Assembly: GCA_044892505.1 (NCBI GenBank) | Contig: CM097882.1 | Location: forward strand, 203,174,001-203,238,000 | Origin: Schmidtea nova | Lineage: Eukaryota | Direction of reading: 5' to 3' | Length of the DNA stretch: 64,000 nt | Shown: positions 22,937 to 36,570 of the stretch, one piece after another | How positions within the stretch are numbered: the first letter of the stretch is position 1 | Layout of the letters: every line of letters begins with the position of its first letter | Translations under genes and position numbers: made by a program | Notes under the pieces: generated by a model | Seen by the model: only the letters and a program-made list of their open reading frames with translations | Told to the model about the DNA's origin: nothing | Databases searched by the model: none

Positions 22937-24131
22937 GGTAAAGGTAGCGTATGGGAGGGCCAATTTTTAAAATTAAATAATTAATAAAAATTTATTAAAT
23001 AAATTGATATTATAAATTTTATAAACTTTATTATAAATAACCTTATATAAATGGCCTTATTAAAGGTCCACCTTTATGTGAAATTTGCGGAAGGAACATG
23101 AAATTGGTAGCAGAAAACAATGTACTGAATAAATACCTATACGAATGTCGTGATAGAACACGAAATAATTCACACCGGAAGAAAAGGTACGTTACACATG
23201 GGAGTTATTTTGAAACTTCCCGTTTGCCGCTTAGTCAACTAGTTGAATTGGTATATTTTTGGAGCGCAGAAACATCAATCAAACAAGTGAAACTGTACAC
23301 TGGAATATCCAAAACAGCAATAGTACAGTGGTTTCAGTACTTCAGAGATCTATGTAGCTGGAAATTGTTACGAGAGCATTTGGTATTCGGTGGTATTGGA
23401 CGTAGAGTGCAGATCGATGAATCCAAGTTCATGCGTTTGAAGCACCATAGAGGGGAGCCAAGGGGGAACACCGCTGCAGGTTGGGTGTTTGGTATCTTCG
23501 ATGAAGCTACTAAAAATGTACATTTGGAATTTGTGAGAGATAGAAAACAGGAAACTATATTCCCGATTATTAGGAGAGTAGTTTTGCCAGTGACATTGAT
23601 TTGGTCGGATGAATATGCAACGTATACGGGGGGGCCGAATCGAAACACTTCTCATCCTACACCACTCGCACTACTAGGTCCTTACGAACATCAATGGGTC
23701 AATCATTCTTTGCACTTCATCGATCCAGTTACAGGCGCGCATACCAATAGTATTGAAGGCTCTTGGGCCTTATGCAAACGTAAATTCAAGTACATGTTCG
23801 GTTCTCCTAATTCGTTTTTACCAAGCTACGTTGATGAATTTATTTGGAGAAGGCGGTTCGTTCATGATCGAGCAGTATTTAATATCTTTATGGAAACAAT
23901 GCAAGAAAAAAATATGGTAACATAATATGGTCTTGAGATTGTCTATTTTTACTTTACTTTATATGTATCACATTAATTTTGCTTTGATGTGGTTTTTATT
24001 ATGTAAACTCTTGTTTTGTAACTTATTTTTAATATAATATAACTTATTTTTAATATAATATCAATTTATTTAATAAATTTTTATTAATTATTTAATTTTA
24101 AAAATTGGCCCTCCCATACGCTACCTTTAAC
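22937..24131 (+). mobile_element. Merlin (eukaryotic IS1595/ISXO2-like) DNA transposon
   Basis: About 78-bp TIRs GGTAAAGGTAGCGTATGGG..; 8-bp TSD ATTTTTAG at 22929-22936 and 24132-24139. Confidence 0.92.
23098..23925 (+). CDS. Merlin/ISXO2-like DDE transposase
   Basis: VQIDES, IWSDEYATY, VNHS, HTNSIEGSW motifs; in-frame CEICG just upstream of the ATG suggests the true N-terminus is lost or spliced. Confidence 0.9.
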   Translation: MKLVAENNVLNKYLYECRDRTRNNSHRKKRYVTHGSYFETSRLPLSQLVELVYFWSAETSIKQVKLYTGISKTAIVQWFQYFRDLCSWKLLREHLVFGGIGRRVQIDESKFMRLKHHRGEPRGNTAAGWVFGIFDEATKNVHLEFVRDRKQETIFPIIRRVVLPVTLIWSDEYATYTGGPNRNTSHPTPLALLGPYEHQWVNHSLHFIDPVTGAHTNSIEGSWALCKRKFKYMFGSPNSFLPSYVDEFIWRRRFVHDRAVFNIFMETMQEKNMVT

Positions 24132-25329
24132 ATTTTTAGTTCAATTTGACAATAAAATACTCGTTAAGACCGCAGAGAATAAATTATGCATTAATTTATA
24201 AGAAAGAAAACTGTCCAACATTGTAACTTTTTTTCTTAATATTTGAAGCGTAGCGAAAATTTCTTTTCAAGTTTCTCAATTTAAAAAAAAATTATCTGTT
24301 AAGTTTTTTTTAAAAAAATGAAACTTTTAAATAAAAATAACCAAGGATCTTTCTTGATTAAACTTTAATAATTGCTTGTCAACATCACGTAACAAGCTAA
24401 ACAGATGCTGGAGGGGTAAATTATTTCTCAAAAGTAATCAGTCTGAATAAAGTTAAACAGCAGCTAAAATATAGTTAAAAATAAACAGTTTAATAATTTA
24501 ATATATATTTATAACATTTGTAATTAATCATTTTTTGTTTTTTCCAAACATCAAATATATCATAATAATACATTTTAAAAAACTGCAAAATTTCGGGTGT
24601 TAAAATATTTTAAAAAATTTTCATTTTATTTTTGTTCAAAAAATGATAATTTCAATATTGTCCTGAGGCAGGCGCGTAACTAAAGTGATTAACAGACGAT
24701 AATACTGTAAAACAACTTTTGAACCTGTTTATTAACGATCACCGTATTTTGACATAATTACTACGAACCTTCTTATACCTTTGAAAGTTTTGGAATTTTG
24801 TATATAAAATAAAGTTTGCATTGTTAAAAAATCCTTAACCTAGCAGACTCATTCTTTTCAAAGAATTATCCGTCTTTTTTATATAAACACTTACTTTGTG
24901 AGGACTATTATTCCTATTAATTTATACATTTCACCATAAATAACGTCTGGGAATATATGATAATCCTTTCTCTTCGTTAATTATATCCCTTTTACCTCAA
25001 TAATTTTTAGTAATATTTTTAATGGAAGTAAACCCAGTAAAGCATTATATGTGTCTCTTTGAACGTTTATTCACTTCTGTTGTAAGAACACTGTTCAAGA
25101 TTGTTAAGGATTATTTTAAAATCGAAAATTTTCAGCTAATAAAAATTTTGACGCAAAGGCTTATTTCGTTATTTATGTAGGGATTTGCCAAAACAAGCAC
25201 GAAATAAAATAAAACGCACAAAACTATTCGTAAATCAATAAAATATGAAAATTTAAAAAAGTAATAATTAAAGTACAAAAATTAATTAAAATTTGAAAAT
25301 TTGAAAAATTGAAAAATAAAGATTTAGCG

Positions 25330-26330
25330 GGGGAAACTGGTATGGAAGGAGGCCAAATGATGAGACAAATTTAAATATGGTAAAATAAATTCAAAAAAAG
25401 GCTTCATAGAAAAATATTTAGAAAAAACAAAATAATTAAAGAAATTAATTACTTAATGGTAAACCCGAGCTAATGGGAAACCCGAGCTAATGGGAAACCC
25501 GAGCGGTATGGAAGACCTGAGTTGTCAACAAAATTATTAAATTACTAGGGGAAATTGGATGATGTAGGAGAATCCCGGGTGAAAAGAGATTAAGTCAATT
25601 ATCCCGAACAAAATTAATTATCGGGAAACCTGAGGAAAGATTAAAAAGCCCGAGAGAAACCTGAGTGGAACCCGAACCTAGATAAAATAATATGTTTTTC
25701 AGATTAATTGATTGAGACGCGCCGAATAATAAGTCAATCAACAAAACACTATTAAAAGAAAATCGAATTTAGTATTCTGGCCAGTTGATCGAAGATAGTT
25801 TTGCGGAGACAAATTTTATAGTTAAAAAAGTTAGCTAGAATTCAGTTGAAATCAATTATTACGTACCCAAAAGAGGGATCTCCCATTGGAAAACCTACCT
25901 TATCGCTGAAAAGGGCAGAAGCAGTAAAGGTAATTGTAATAGTGTATTGAAATTTAAATAAAGGTTATTATGTTGGGGTTTTGTCAATTGATTGATAATG
26001 AAAGGACACGAGGAGTAAGAGAGTAATCGACTAGCTCATTATAACCCAACATATTTGGAGAGCTCGGCGTGATCAAAGTCTGTAAAGAGAAATTAAATTG
26101 AATACAAATTAATTAAAATTAAAAATGTTAATTGTGGAATTTGTAAAAGTTAACATGAGTCAAGAGAGTAAAAGAAAACATTTATTAAATTGAATAGAGT
26201 TATTATCAAAAATTAAAATAAAAGGTAAATTTTACAATTTTCATACATTGAAATTCAGACGAGTAAAAGTTGTACCAACCAGATCATTTTATAAATTGAG
26301 GAAGCAACAAACAATCAGAAAACGAAATGA
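25330..26330 (+). repeat. Probable solo-LTR-like interspersed repeat
   Basis: Short tandem GGGAAACCCGAGCTAAT units; related motifs in inverted orientation near 39030-39090; ends not defined. Confidence 0.3.
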
Positions 26331-26383
26331 ACAACCAAATATTAAACATTCTAATTATGTATTCGATGTGAAATAAGTTTTAA

Positions 26384-26622
26384 CCCTTTCTAAGGTGGTG
26401 GCAATATACTGTACACCATTTAAAACTAATAAAAATATCTAAGTGTAACGCTGTCGGTAATCATTTTTACTTTTGGTACAACTACTGACATATATTGAGC
26501 CACAAGAGAACAAATTTATAGTATTTGAAACCATAGATGTATTTTCCCGCTATAACTATATAATAATTATTAATAAACTTTGAGTTTTACATCACTTATA
26601 GTTTCCTTTGTCTTAAAAAGGG
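26384..26622. mobile_element. piggyBac-type MITE (second family)
   Basis: TTAA flanks; CCCTTTCTAAGG / TCTTAAAAAGGG imperfect TIR. Confidence 0.65.
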
Positions 26623-27099
26623 TTAAGTGATAAATATAACTAAAACACCAACATAACTACTAATATTTGTAAAAAAATTATTAAAATACTTTTTTTTTAA
26701 TTTGCTTCGTGATATAAATCGTCATTGACTATAACATTATTTTTATTTATATAGACTTGATCAAATTTTATCAAATCCATTGATAATCTTGATTTTTTTT
26801 TAAATTAAAAACATTTGAAAATGTTAAGCAATATTCTTCATCTGCTCCACAATGCCAACAAATATTGATTTGAATAATTTTGACTTTAGTAATTTACCAA
26901 CAAATAATGTTTTCCAATGCGACTAGGACATACAATTTGATATACTGCATGATTTCTTATTCCATATTATAATTTTGATTATTTGTTTTAATTTTGTTTA
27001 TAAAATCTAAACAATTATATATTTGAATGTAAAGATCTTTTAGAAATGTTGATTAATATTAATTACAAGGCTAGAGTATCACAAGAAATTATTTTAAAA

Positions 27100-29460
27100 T
27101 GAAGTTTCGGATAAAGAACCCCAACAATTTGTGAATATATCCACCATATCAAAAAAAACAGAACAAAAATAATCAAGAACCTGAAACTAGAAACTCTAGT
27201 TGGATGTGAACTTATCATCTGGCAAATTCACTGGAATACCGGATACTGGACTGGATAGCTCGCAACAAGAGAAGGCAAAAAATCAGTCATACGTGACTCC
27301 GACAACCAAATGAGTGAGATACAGAAGAAATCAATCAGAATAAAAATGGACAATTTACTCAGCATCAGGACAGATAAAGAAATAAAATTTGATGAACTTC
27401 AAATAGAAAACTACCCCTGAACAAGACAACGACTACGATTGTGGAGCATATGTAATTCAATGCATTACTGACTTCCTTAACAACCAAGAAACAAGACGAT
27501 AAACAACCCCAGAGGCCAAATAGATAAGAGAAAAATTAAGACAAATAATTACAAATGATATAAAGAATAACAAAAACCAAACCAAAAAGAAAGAAACGGC
27601 AAAATCGTGCAAATCATGAACAAATTTCACCTACACCAAATAAACATTAATGAACTACTAAAATGGTTCGCAGATGAGTGTAGCAACACACAGGAACCAC
27701 AAAGAGCCTTCAACAATCAAGAAAAGAAAAAAGTAAGTCAATGATCCTACCAAATCCAAAGAATGTACACCATCAACTGTGAAAAAGCAGTCAAGGAGAT
27801 ATTCAAAGACAATGAAAAGATAGCGGACCTACCAACCCAAACAATCAGCACTCACTTTGAAAGAGCGTTACCCACTCTACACAGCAAACCAATTATTATA
27901 AAATATACCGCTCCAGAATGGCAAATCAAAAACAGAAATAACCAAAGCTATCATAGACAGCCAAGACTCTGCACCAGGAGACGACAACATACTGATACGC
28001 AAATGGCGTGAATGGATGAATGCAGGAGTGCTAGTAGCAATCTACAACAACATAATTGAGAACAGGACAATCCCAGAACATGGAAGAAATATGGAACAGC
28101 CCTAATTATAAAACCAGGCAAGACCAACAAAAGCCACAACCTAGCAAACTGTAGGCCCATAGTTATCATTCCAACTAGCTATAGGATCTTCATGAAAGTT
28201 CTCAATACACGTGTTGTTGAATGCATCAGAAAAACACGACTAATTTCCGAATGGCAGAAAGCAGTAAAAAAAGACAACGGATGTGATTAACACAAATACT
28301 TACTGTCAGCAAACAAGGAAAAATCCAATAGACAGAGAAACACTGATGAAGAATTTTACATAGTCTTCCTGGACCTAGCAGATGCATTCGGTAACATTCC
28401 ACATCAAATAATTTGGCATACACTTGAAAAAATGGGAATGAACAAATATACAATAATGCTGTTGAAAGAATGCTATAAAGATTGCTACGTCACATACAGA
28501 AGTGGCAACACCTTTTCAAGCGAAATAAAGCAAGTCAAAGGAGTCAAACAATGATTTTATTTCTCAATGACCCTCTTCAGTCTGTGTATAAAATATATAA
28601 TACAAGAAGCCATAGATACAGGTTATAGGGTCAAAATGGCCGGCGAAAGAGTCACAATAATGGCATATGCTGATAACCTTGTCCTACTAACAAGAAAACA
28701 TTACCAGATGCAACGACTGCTTAACACAATAGTAGAAAAAGCCAAGCTCACTAACCTGATTTTTAAACCAGAAATGAAAATTAATGGCAAACAATTAAAT
28801 CACATAAACGAGGACAACATATACACATACTTAGGTGTAAAATTGGAGGTCCGCAAAGAAGTAACATGTCCAAACTATTTACAGAAGTCATAATAAAAAC
28901 CAAAACCATCTTTGATGCATAAATACCATAACACACGAGAAGGTACAATCACGTTTAAAGATTACATCTCAACAGTATCACAAACTCCACACTAGATAGG
29001 GAAAGAAGCATATTACAAGAAATGGTGCGATGCGACTTGCCAATGATACATCCACAGACTACCAACTACCGATGTCATGGAGTTCAAAACACTTAGACTA
29101 CTATCGGACTCGGAGGGAAATTCCTTATCAAAGCAAGGGCAAACATGCAAGACATCAGAATGAAACAGTCAAATCAAGGAGGAAGGTTAGGATCTAATAA
29201 ATGCAGAAGATACGAATATAATAAGGAATTAAGTGCCCATGTAATTAACCATTGCAGACACGGAGACAGACTGAGAACAAATAAGCACAATGAGATACAG
29301 AAAATATGAAAGAAAAGAAACATAAGCTTCGAAACAGAAACTAGACCAAAGGAATCCATATAAATGCTAAATCCCGATATCTTTATAAGACAGCCACATT
29401 AAATAACAATACTAGACATAAAATGCCCATTTGACGAAAGATCAGCTGTTGAACCAGCCA
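27100..29460 (+). mobile_element. Decayed NeSL/R2-group non-LTR retrotransposon (Ulp1-like protease, RT, CCHC, restriction-like endonuclease)
   Basis: PEQDNDYDCGAY (27416), FLDLADAFGNIPH, KGVKQ, AYADN, ELSAHVINHC, PDIFI..LDIKCPF; many stops and frameshifts. Confidence 0.75.
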
Positions 29461-29929
29461 CGTTTACCTAGTTATTAGGATTTTTATAATTATTTTTAAA
29501 ATAAGTATACATGTTAGTTATCAAGTGAAGAATTAGATGGACAATGATTTCAAAAGAGCTTTGTTTAAAAGTCATTTGTATTTTAAATATATTCTAAATG
29601 TTAATAACTTTATTTAATAAAAAATTTCACTTAAACAACGTGGTTATTTGTAGACTTTTTTAAACTAATAATTAACTAAAGATTAATTCAATTATTCTAA
29701 GTAATAAATTTAATTTTATGACATGATATTTAAAATCAGTTAGTTTTATGCAAAATATACGATAAATTAACTTTGACTATAAAACTTTGACATTGTCAGA
29801 TTTTTTAAGTAATATTATCTCTTTATGTTAGTTTTCCAAAGTTTTTTAATACATGACAGTAATTCCAGATAATATTTAGTTTATTCAGTGACAATTAGTT
29901 GATTGAAATTTATTAATACGTAGAGTCAA

Positions 29930-31140
29930 TTGGTATTTGATCAGTAAATAGTATGTTGTGTGTATAGAGTGGGTAGTTGGTTGGTTTATTGTAGGCACTT
30001 AAATAGGTATTATTAGTTCGTTGTATACAAAATTTACATTAAATTAATTTTGATTTTAAAATTTTGACTTTGTATGATTTTAAAGTAATAATATCTCTTA
30101 TGATGGTTTTTAATATACCACTGTAATTCTAGACAATATGGGGTTGATTCATTGGCAATAAGTTGGTTAATACATAGAACCATTTGTAGACTGACTTAGT
30201 CGATATCTAGTTATAATAGGATGAGATAATTGTCACGTGAAACAATTTTTCTGAGGGTGAAGATTTATTTGTTTAATATATAGAGTCAGTTGGTATCCAA
30301 TTAGTTGATTTAGTCAATTGGTTGTGGATAGAGTCTGTTGGTTTTTGATCAGTTAGTTGTTGATTTGTATGTAGTGGGATTGGTTGATTATTTGTGAATA
30401 GAGTTAGTTGGTTGATGTGTAAGTACTTGGTTGGTAAGTAAGGAAATGGTTGCTGACTTGTTAGTATGTATAAAGTGGGTAGGTAATTGGTGATTTGTGA
30501 ACAGGATTAGTTGGTTAATGTGAAGAAGTAGTTTGTAAATAAGGAATCGGTTGCTGGCTGGTTAGTATGAATAGAGTGGGTAGTTGGTTTGTGATTTGTG
30601 GATAGAGTCAGTTGGTTGATGTGTGAGTACTTGGTTGTTAACTGGTTAATGTGAAGAAGTAGTTGGTTGATGTGTAAAACTATTTGGTGTGTAAGTACTT
30701 GGTTGGTTAGTGTAGTTGGTTGGTTAGTATAATACTAATGAATAGAAGTAGTTGGAAAGTAAGTACTTGGTTGCTGGCTGGTTAGTTTGTAAATAGTTAT
30801 TTTTGGATTGGTTGGTATATGATTAATCAATATAATAATCAATATATAATCAATAGTAGAAGTAGTTGGTAAGTAAGTACTTTGTTTGCTTGTTCACTGA
30901 TGAATTGAATTAGTTGATATCTAGTTGATAGGAAGAGATAATTGATTGACATATGGAACAATTTTTCTTAGTTGGTTAATAAATAGAGTCAGTTGGTATC
31001 AAATTAGTTGATTTAACCAACTGATTGTGGATAGAGTCAGTTGGTATTTGATCATTAACCAGTCAGTTGTTGATTTCTGTGTGTGTGTAATGAGATTATT
31101 AGTTAATTGATCGATTTATTGTAGGTACTTAGATTGATAG
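29930..31140. repeat. GT-skewed low-complexity region rich in AGTTGGTT with internal direct repeats
   Basis: Two related blocks starting near 30200 and 30915. Confidence 0.6.
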
Positions 31141-31157
31141 TGGTAGTTTGAAGGATT

Positions 31158-31193
31158 CTTCTTCTTCTTCTTCTTCTTCTTCTTCTTCTTCTT

Positions 31194-31224
<31 letters not shown>

Positions 31225-31238
31225 TTATTATTATTATT
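31158..31238. repeat. Compound (TTC)n(TTA)n microsatellite
   Basis: Direct reading. Confidence 0.95.
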
Positions 31239-31458
31239 TGATTCTGCTAAAAATATTATTAAATAAATATCAACGATGTATTTTTAAAATTTAATTAAAA
31301 ATTTTATTCAATATTAAATTAATTTTACTTTAAAATAATTTAAATTTTACCCACTTTCAGATTTCCCACAAAATTAGTACTTAGTTTTTAAATTTTCATA
31401 TTATGTCATTTTAACTCTGTTTGTCCTAATTTTACCATTTTTTACTAATTTTGAAATG

Positions 31459-31680
31459 TTATGTCATTTCTTCTTTTAGTATGTTGTGGATTGCTCGATG
31501 GCTACTGTTGATCAGCTTGGTGAATCTGTTGACTGTTTGGATTAATTGTTCATCAACCACTTTTGTTATATCTATTCCTCCTTTCTCTCTTATAGAATAC
31601 ATAACTGCGTCAGCAATAGGGCTTTTATTTAGTAGATCCAAGATGTTTTTTGATTTGAGGAGCATTCTGTGTAGTGACAC
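31459..31680 (-). other. Short ORF head-to-head with the PP4 fragment; possible captured host exon, unidentified
   Basis: Protein-like composition and position only. Confidence 0.3.
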
Positions 31681-31849
31681 TTTGCATTCGTATATTAAAT
31701 TATTAAATTACAATAATTAAAGATTTTTATTTTGTAAAAAAAAATAAATGTTGTTGTTTAAAACTGTAAAAAAAATTTGTTATTTCAAATATATTATATT
31801 GACTCCATTATTAATTTGGTTTAATTTGATTTTTAAATTATCACAAAAT

Positions 31850-32305
31850 ATGTCCATTGATCATAGTGATTTAGATCGACAAATTGAACAGCTTAAGCAA
31901 TGTAAATTAATTTCAGAAATGGAAGTCAAGCTTTTCAAAAACGGTGGTGATATTCCGAACACAAATTATTTGTTTCTCGTTGATTTTGTTGATCGTGGCT
32001 TTTATTTCGTTGAAAAATTTTTATTGTTGCTTGTCTACAAAGTCAGATATCCAGATAGAATTATATTGATTAGAGGCAATCATGAAAGCCGACAAATTAC
32101 TCAAGTATATGGATTTTATGATGAATGCATGAGAAAATATGGATCAGCTGTAGCTTGGAGATATTGCACAGAAATATTTGATCACCTCAGTTTATCAGCT
32201 GTAATTGATGACCAGATATTTTGCGTTCGCGGTGGCCTTTCTCCATCTATTTCTACATTAAATCAAATCAGAGCATTAGATAGGAAGCAAGAAGTTCTTC
32301 ACTAT
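31850..32305 (+). pseudogene. PPP4C: Protein phosphatase 4 catalytic subunit fragment, intronless, internally deleted
   Basis: [43 protein letters not shown]; the segment carrying GDIHG is missing. Confidence 0.85.
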
Positions 32306-32309
32306 GAAC

Positions 32310-32610
32310 TGGATAATGAATCGATGGTAAATCTAGCAAACATAATGCTTGGAGGTTTCGCGAAGGCGCACTACGCCCGAAACACTTCATTCTGATTTTG
32401 TCGTCAAAGGTTTCAATAAGAGTCTTTGTGGCATCTTCGGCTTGAAGCGGGAAGATGAATTTTGAGTGGCAAAAGATGTTGTAAGCATCTATTTTTTGAT
32501 GGGCTCTTAACTTTGAGTTAAATATTTCTTCTGTTTTTGCAATGACTTCATTAAATAATTCTATCATATCACTTCTTTTTGTTTCTCTAATTTTTACTCC
32601 AATGTAAGTC
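32310..32610 (-). mobile_element. Fragment of an R2/NeSL-type RT C-terminal region
   Basis: QKIDAYNIFCHSKFIFPLQ..FDDKIR resembles the post-RT region of site-specific LINEs. Confidence 0.5.
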
Positions 32611-33362
32611 CCTTTTTGCCTAAAAAATTGTGGGAATAGAAAATACTTTTCAAAATAATTTAAAGCTATTTTAATTGTTTAAAAACTTTTCACATGTTTT
32701 TTTTACCAATAAATCCATATTTCAATTAAAAAATACCTGAGTCCATTTCTTGCTATAGAAAAATCTGAGAGTAGAATATCCTGTTTAAAAATATTTCATT
32801 TTATTTTACTTGTTTAAAAAATTTACACGTGTTTTTATTTACCATTAAAATTTCTTTTTTCAGTTCAAAATTACCATAGTCCCTTTTTGCCCGAGAAAAA
32901 TCTGAGAGTAGAAAATCCTATACAAATTATATCAGACCAAAATTGCCTATAGAAAATACTGAGACCAAAAAAATCTATTCAAAAATACCACACCAAAATT
33001 CTTTGTTAAAAATACTGAGACCAAAGTTCCCTGTACAAAAAAATCTACAGTCCTTTTCTTGCCCGAGAAAAATACGTGAGTAGAAAAAAAATTGCCTATA
33101 GAAAATACTGAGACCAAAAATCCCTGTACAATAAAACCCAGAACAAAATTCTCTGTACAAAAAAAACAGAGTCTTTTTTTGCCCGAGAAAAAATCTGGGT
33201 GTGGAAAATCCTGTACAAAATCGCAGATTATGAATTTTCTGTCTAACTCACGTTCAAAAGATCGACCCAAAATTTTCCTATACAAAAATAACCCAACTCA
33301 AAACGTTGTGGCCCGCTAACTCACTTTTTCTTGGGGAGTGAGTTAGCGGGCTACTAACTACT
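32610..33362. mobile_element. Probable isolated Polinton terminus (D) with subterminal repeats and hairpin
   Basis: Repeated CCCGAGAAAAA and AATACTGAGACCAAA units, 14-bp GC-rich stem 33311-33351, end ...CTACTAACTACT (reverse complement AGTAGTTAGTAG). Confidence 0.5.
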
Positions 33363-35510
33363 TACTCAAGCAATTGAGGTTTACGTTTGTAAAATACAAG
33401 AAATAATTGTAATTATTATTAGAATTGGAATTTTTATTGGAATTGTTATTGGAATTATTAGAAGACTTGATGAACAAGTATGATACATTAATTGCAAATG
33501 TGGTATATTATGAAAAGACTTTGATTATTGTCATAATGAAAATTATAAAGAAATTCTTAATCATGTATTGATTGTTGAAATGGATTGTGCTTATTGGAAT
33601 TGTTAACTACAAGAATATGGAGAATAATTGCAAAAAACTTTTTTTTATTTCATCAAGACTATTTTTTTTTAAATATTTATATAAAACTATTGATTATTAT
33701 GAAACATAAAATTTTGAATAAAACAAAATAATGCAATTTGCCACACAGTAAATCCAACGTATAACAATCATTAAAAACAAGCATTAAAAACAAAATCAAC
33801 TGTATCTTAAAATCGTGCTAACAATGAATAAAATTTTGATTATACCGTAGAGAAAAAGAATAGAAAAAAATCACAAAACATAAAAAATTTTGCAAAGTGT
33901 TTATACATTAACGTAGAAAAATCAATAAAAAACCATTGTAATCATATAATTATGGTAACAAACAACATTGTTGTAAGAACAATAAATTTATGAATTATTA
34001 TTAAAAATACAAGAAACTTATTTTATACAGCATTACTCAAATTAAATGTATACTGCATGATATTCGTCAATATTTACATGACATGATTAACACCTGAGAA
34101 TAATGCTTTTGAAACAAGATGAATAAATAATAATGTGCAAACAAGGTAAATAGAAAATAGAAACGCTAGAAATGTTATATAATGAACATGTGAGAAACCT
34201 TTTTTCCATGCTTTATATAAGGTTGCTTTCTATATATATGTGTGTGCCACAAAATTACAAATCAATTTTTAGTGCTTTTCTCTCAACCGATTCACTTCAA
34301 ATTTTGCACACTTGCTCACTTCCGGTGACAATACATGGAAATTGATAAATTTGACCAAAAAAAGTTAATTAAGTTAACTAAATAACAATTTGAATTTCCC
34401 CATACATTTAACAATGGACGAGAGGTAAATGTGTTGGTGTCTTCAGAGAAATTTTGCGTGTAAATGTAATATAAATTATTGTTCGAATCATCTCAAGTGA
34501 AATTTTTTTTTAATTTTTTTAATGCTTTTTTTTGCTTTTTTATTTAATTAATTTAACTTTTAATATAAAAATAAATGTTTTGAAAAAAAATTTGAAAACA
34601 AATTTTTTTTTAAAAATTTTTTTGAGGACACACGAAAAATGTAATATAATTTTCCCTTCTACAAAATATAACAAAAAAAAATTTCTCAGCCAAGTGGAGT
34701 TCTGCTCGCATAAAGCATGGATTTGAAAAAAGAATTTTTTTTTGATTTACTAGTTGTTTCTTGTAATTTTTTTTACCTTTATTTTTAAAATATCTATATT
34801 GACAATGAAATTTCGAATAAATTTACAGTATTTTCCAAGTTGAAATTCCGTACACAATCAGAAAACGGTGTTTAAATTATATTCAGTAAAATCTAAATCA
34901 TTAAGACTCGAAATGAAACTAAATAATTTCACCACACACATAAAGAGTGTTGTAATTTCAGCTAAACAAAAGTTTTCCATAATTTAGTTTTAATCAATGT
35001 TTTATGCTAAAAACCAATTTTTAGCAGTTCTTTCTTTATCACTGAAAATGAAACTCAGAAAGAAACATATAAATTTTAATGGAAATTACGCTAAGTCAAC
35101 GAAGACTAAGTTTCAAAATTTGGCAATCATACAAAAAAGGATGAAAATTTAAAATGAAAATCAACAAATTTTACAAATTCGGTAAGATAGCTAAAATAAT
35201 GATTTATAAAAGTTCATAATCATGATCCGTGTGAAATTTACGTAGATGTTGATGATTGAAAATCACTGTAAAATATAAAATGATTATTTTTATTTATTTG
35301 TAATATTTTTATTGATTTTTTCAACTCAGTTTTCTATTTTCTCTTTCTTTGCTTTTGAAAATTTGTTAAATTAATTTTTTTTCTTTCTCAAAATTCAGAG
35401 TTTATTTTATGAAATTATATGAAACTAAATAAATAAAAAACTATGGAAATATTGGATATATAATTTTGATTTTTAATTCATTGAAAGAATGAAAATATAC
35501 GAAATAAGAA

Positions 35511-35953
35511 CAGAGGCGTAACTAGGGTGTGGCAGGCATGGCACGTGCCATGGGCGCCAACTGAAGGGGGCGCGAAAAAGCGCCTAATGTATAAATACGC
35601 AAATGAAAAAATATATATATATATATTTTTATAGATATAAATATGTGTATTAAAAAACTACGTAAGAAAGAGCACGCATTCGTTTTTCGTTTGTTTGCCA
35701 ATGTTCTCTATGCCTCTAGCTCTCTTTCTCTCTACAAATGTGATTTTGTTTTTGAAAAAAGAAATGCAGAATAATAGTGTGTGTTGTTTTCTGTGCTAAA
35801 GCCGTTAATAAAATGTTAATAGATTTAACTTGTGTGCTTTTTACCCAATTCTAAAGTAGTTTTTTAGAAAATAAATCGTAAGTAACCTATTGTCGGAGAG
35901 GAGCGCAAGATTGGTGTTTGCAATAGGCTCCATTTGTCATAGGTACGCCACTC
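35511..35953. mobile_element. hAT-type MITE
   Basis: 8-bp TSD AATAAGAA on both sides; imperfect TIR CAGAGGCGTAACTAGG / CATAGGTACGCCACTC. Confidence 0.8.
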
Positions 35954-36357
35954 AATAAGAATTGAGATAAAATTATTTTGAACACGACTTTAAAACAGCA
36001 GCCAGTTGAATCGTACAATGATGAAGAACGTAGAAAACCCTTAAATAAAGATACTTAGGTCATTTAAAAGTGTTATAATAATGATGACATTAGTAAAATT
36101 GTTCACACGACTTTTAAAGGATCAAAAAGTAAAATAATTGGTTGTAATAAAAAGAAATTTAAGAGCTGAAAAATAAAGTTATTGACATATTAAGTACTCT
36201 AAATTTTAAATAAAAACTGATAAAGTCATCAGTAAGCCAATCCAAGCAATTGCAACATATGAAAGGTTTAAGATTGTGTACACGTTTAAAGAAATTATGG
36301 AAATTATTGAAATTAATAATATAAAAAGATCAAAGGTGAAACAAAACGATAATTGTG

Positions 36358-36422
<65 letters not shown>

Positions 36423-36509
36423 CACACTTGATAAAGGCTGTGCCGAAATATTGTTTTATTGTTTATAAAAATTTTTTTGATCTATAGTCATTATGAGAAT
36501 TATTGATAA

Positions 36510-36570
<61 letters not shown>

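Noticed and set aside
23098-23925. Bacterial IS1595 contamination or recent horizontal transfer
   Set aside because: Merlin is the known eukaryotic branch; TSD and TIRs are embedded in host-like AT-rich DNA
34215-34520. Helentron/DINE-like short element
   Set aside because: Superficial resemblance only; subterminal repeats and ends not identified
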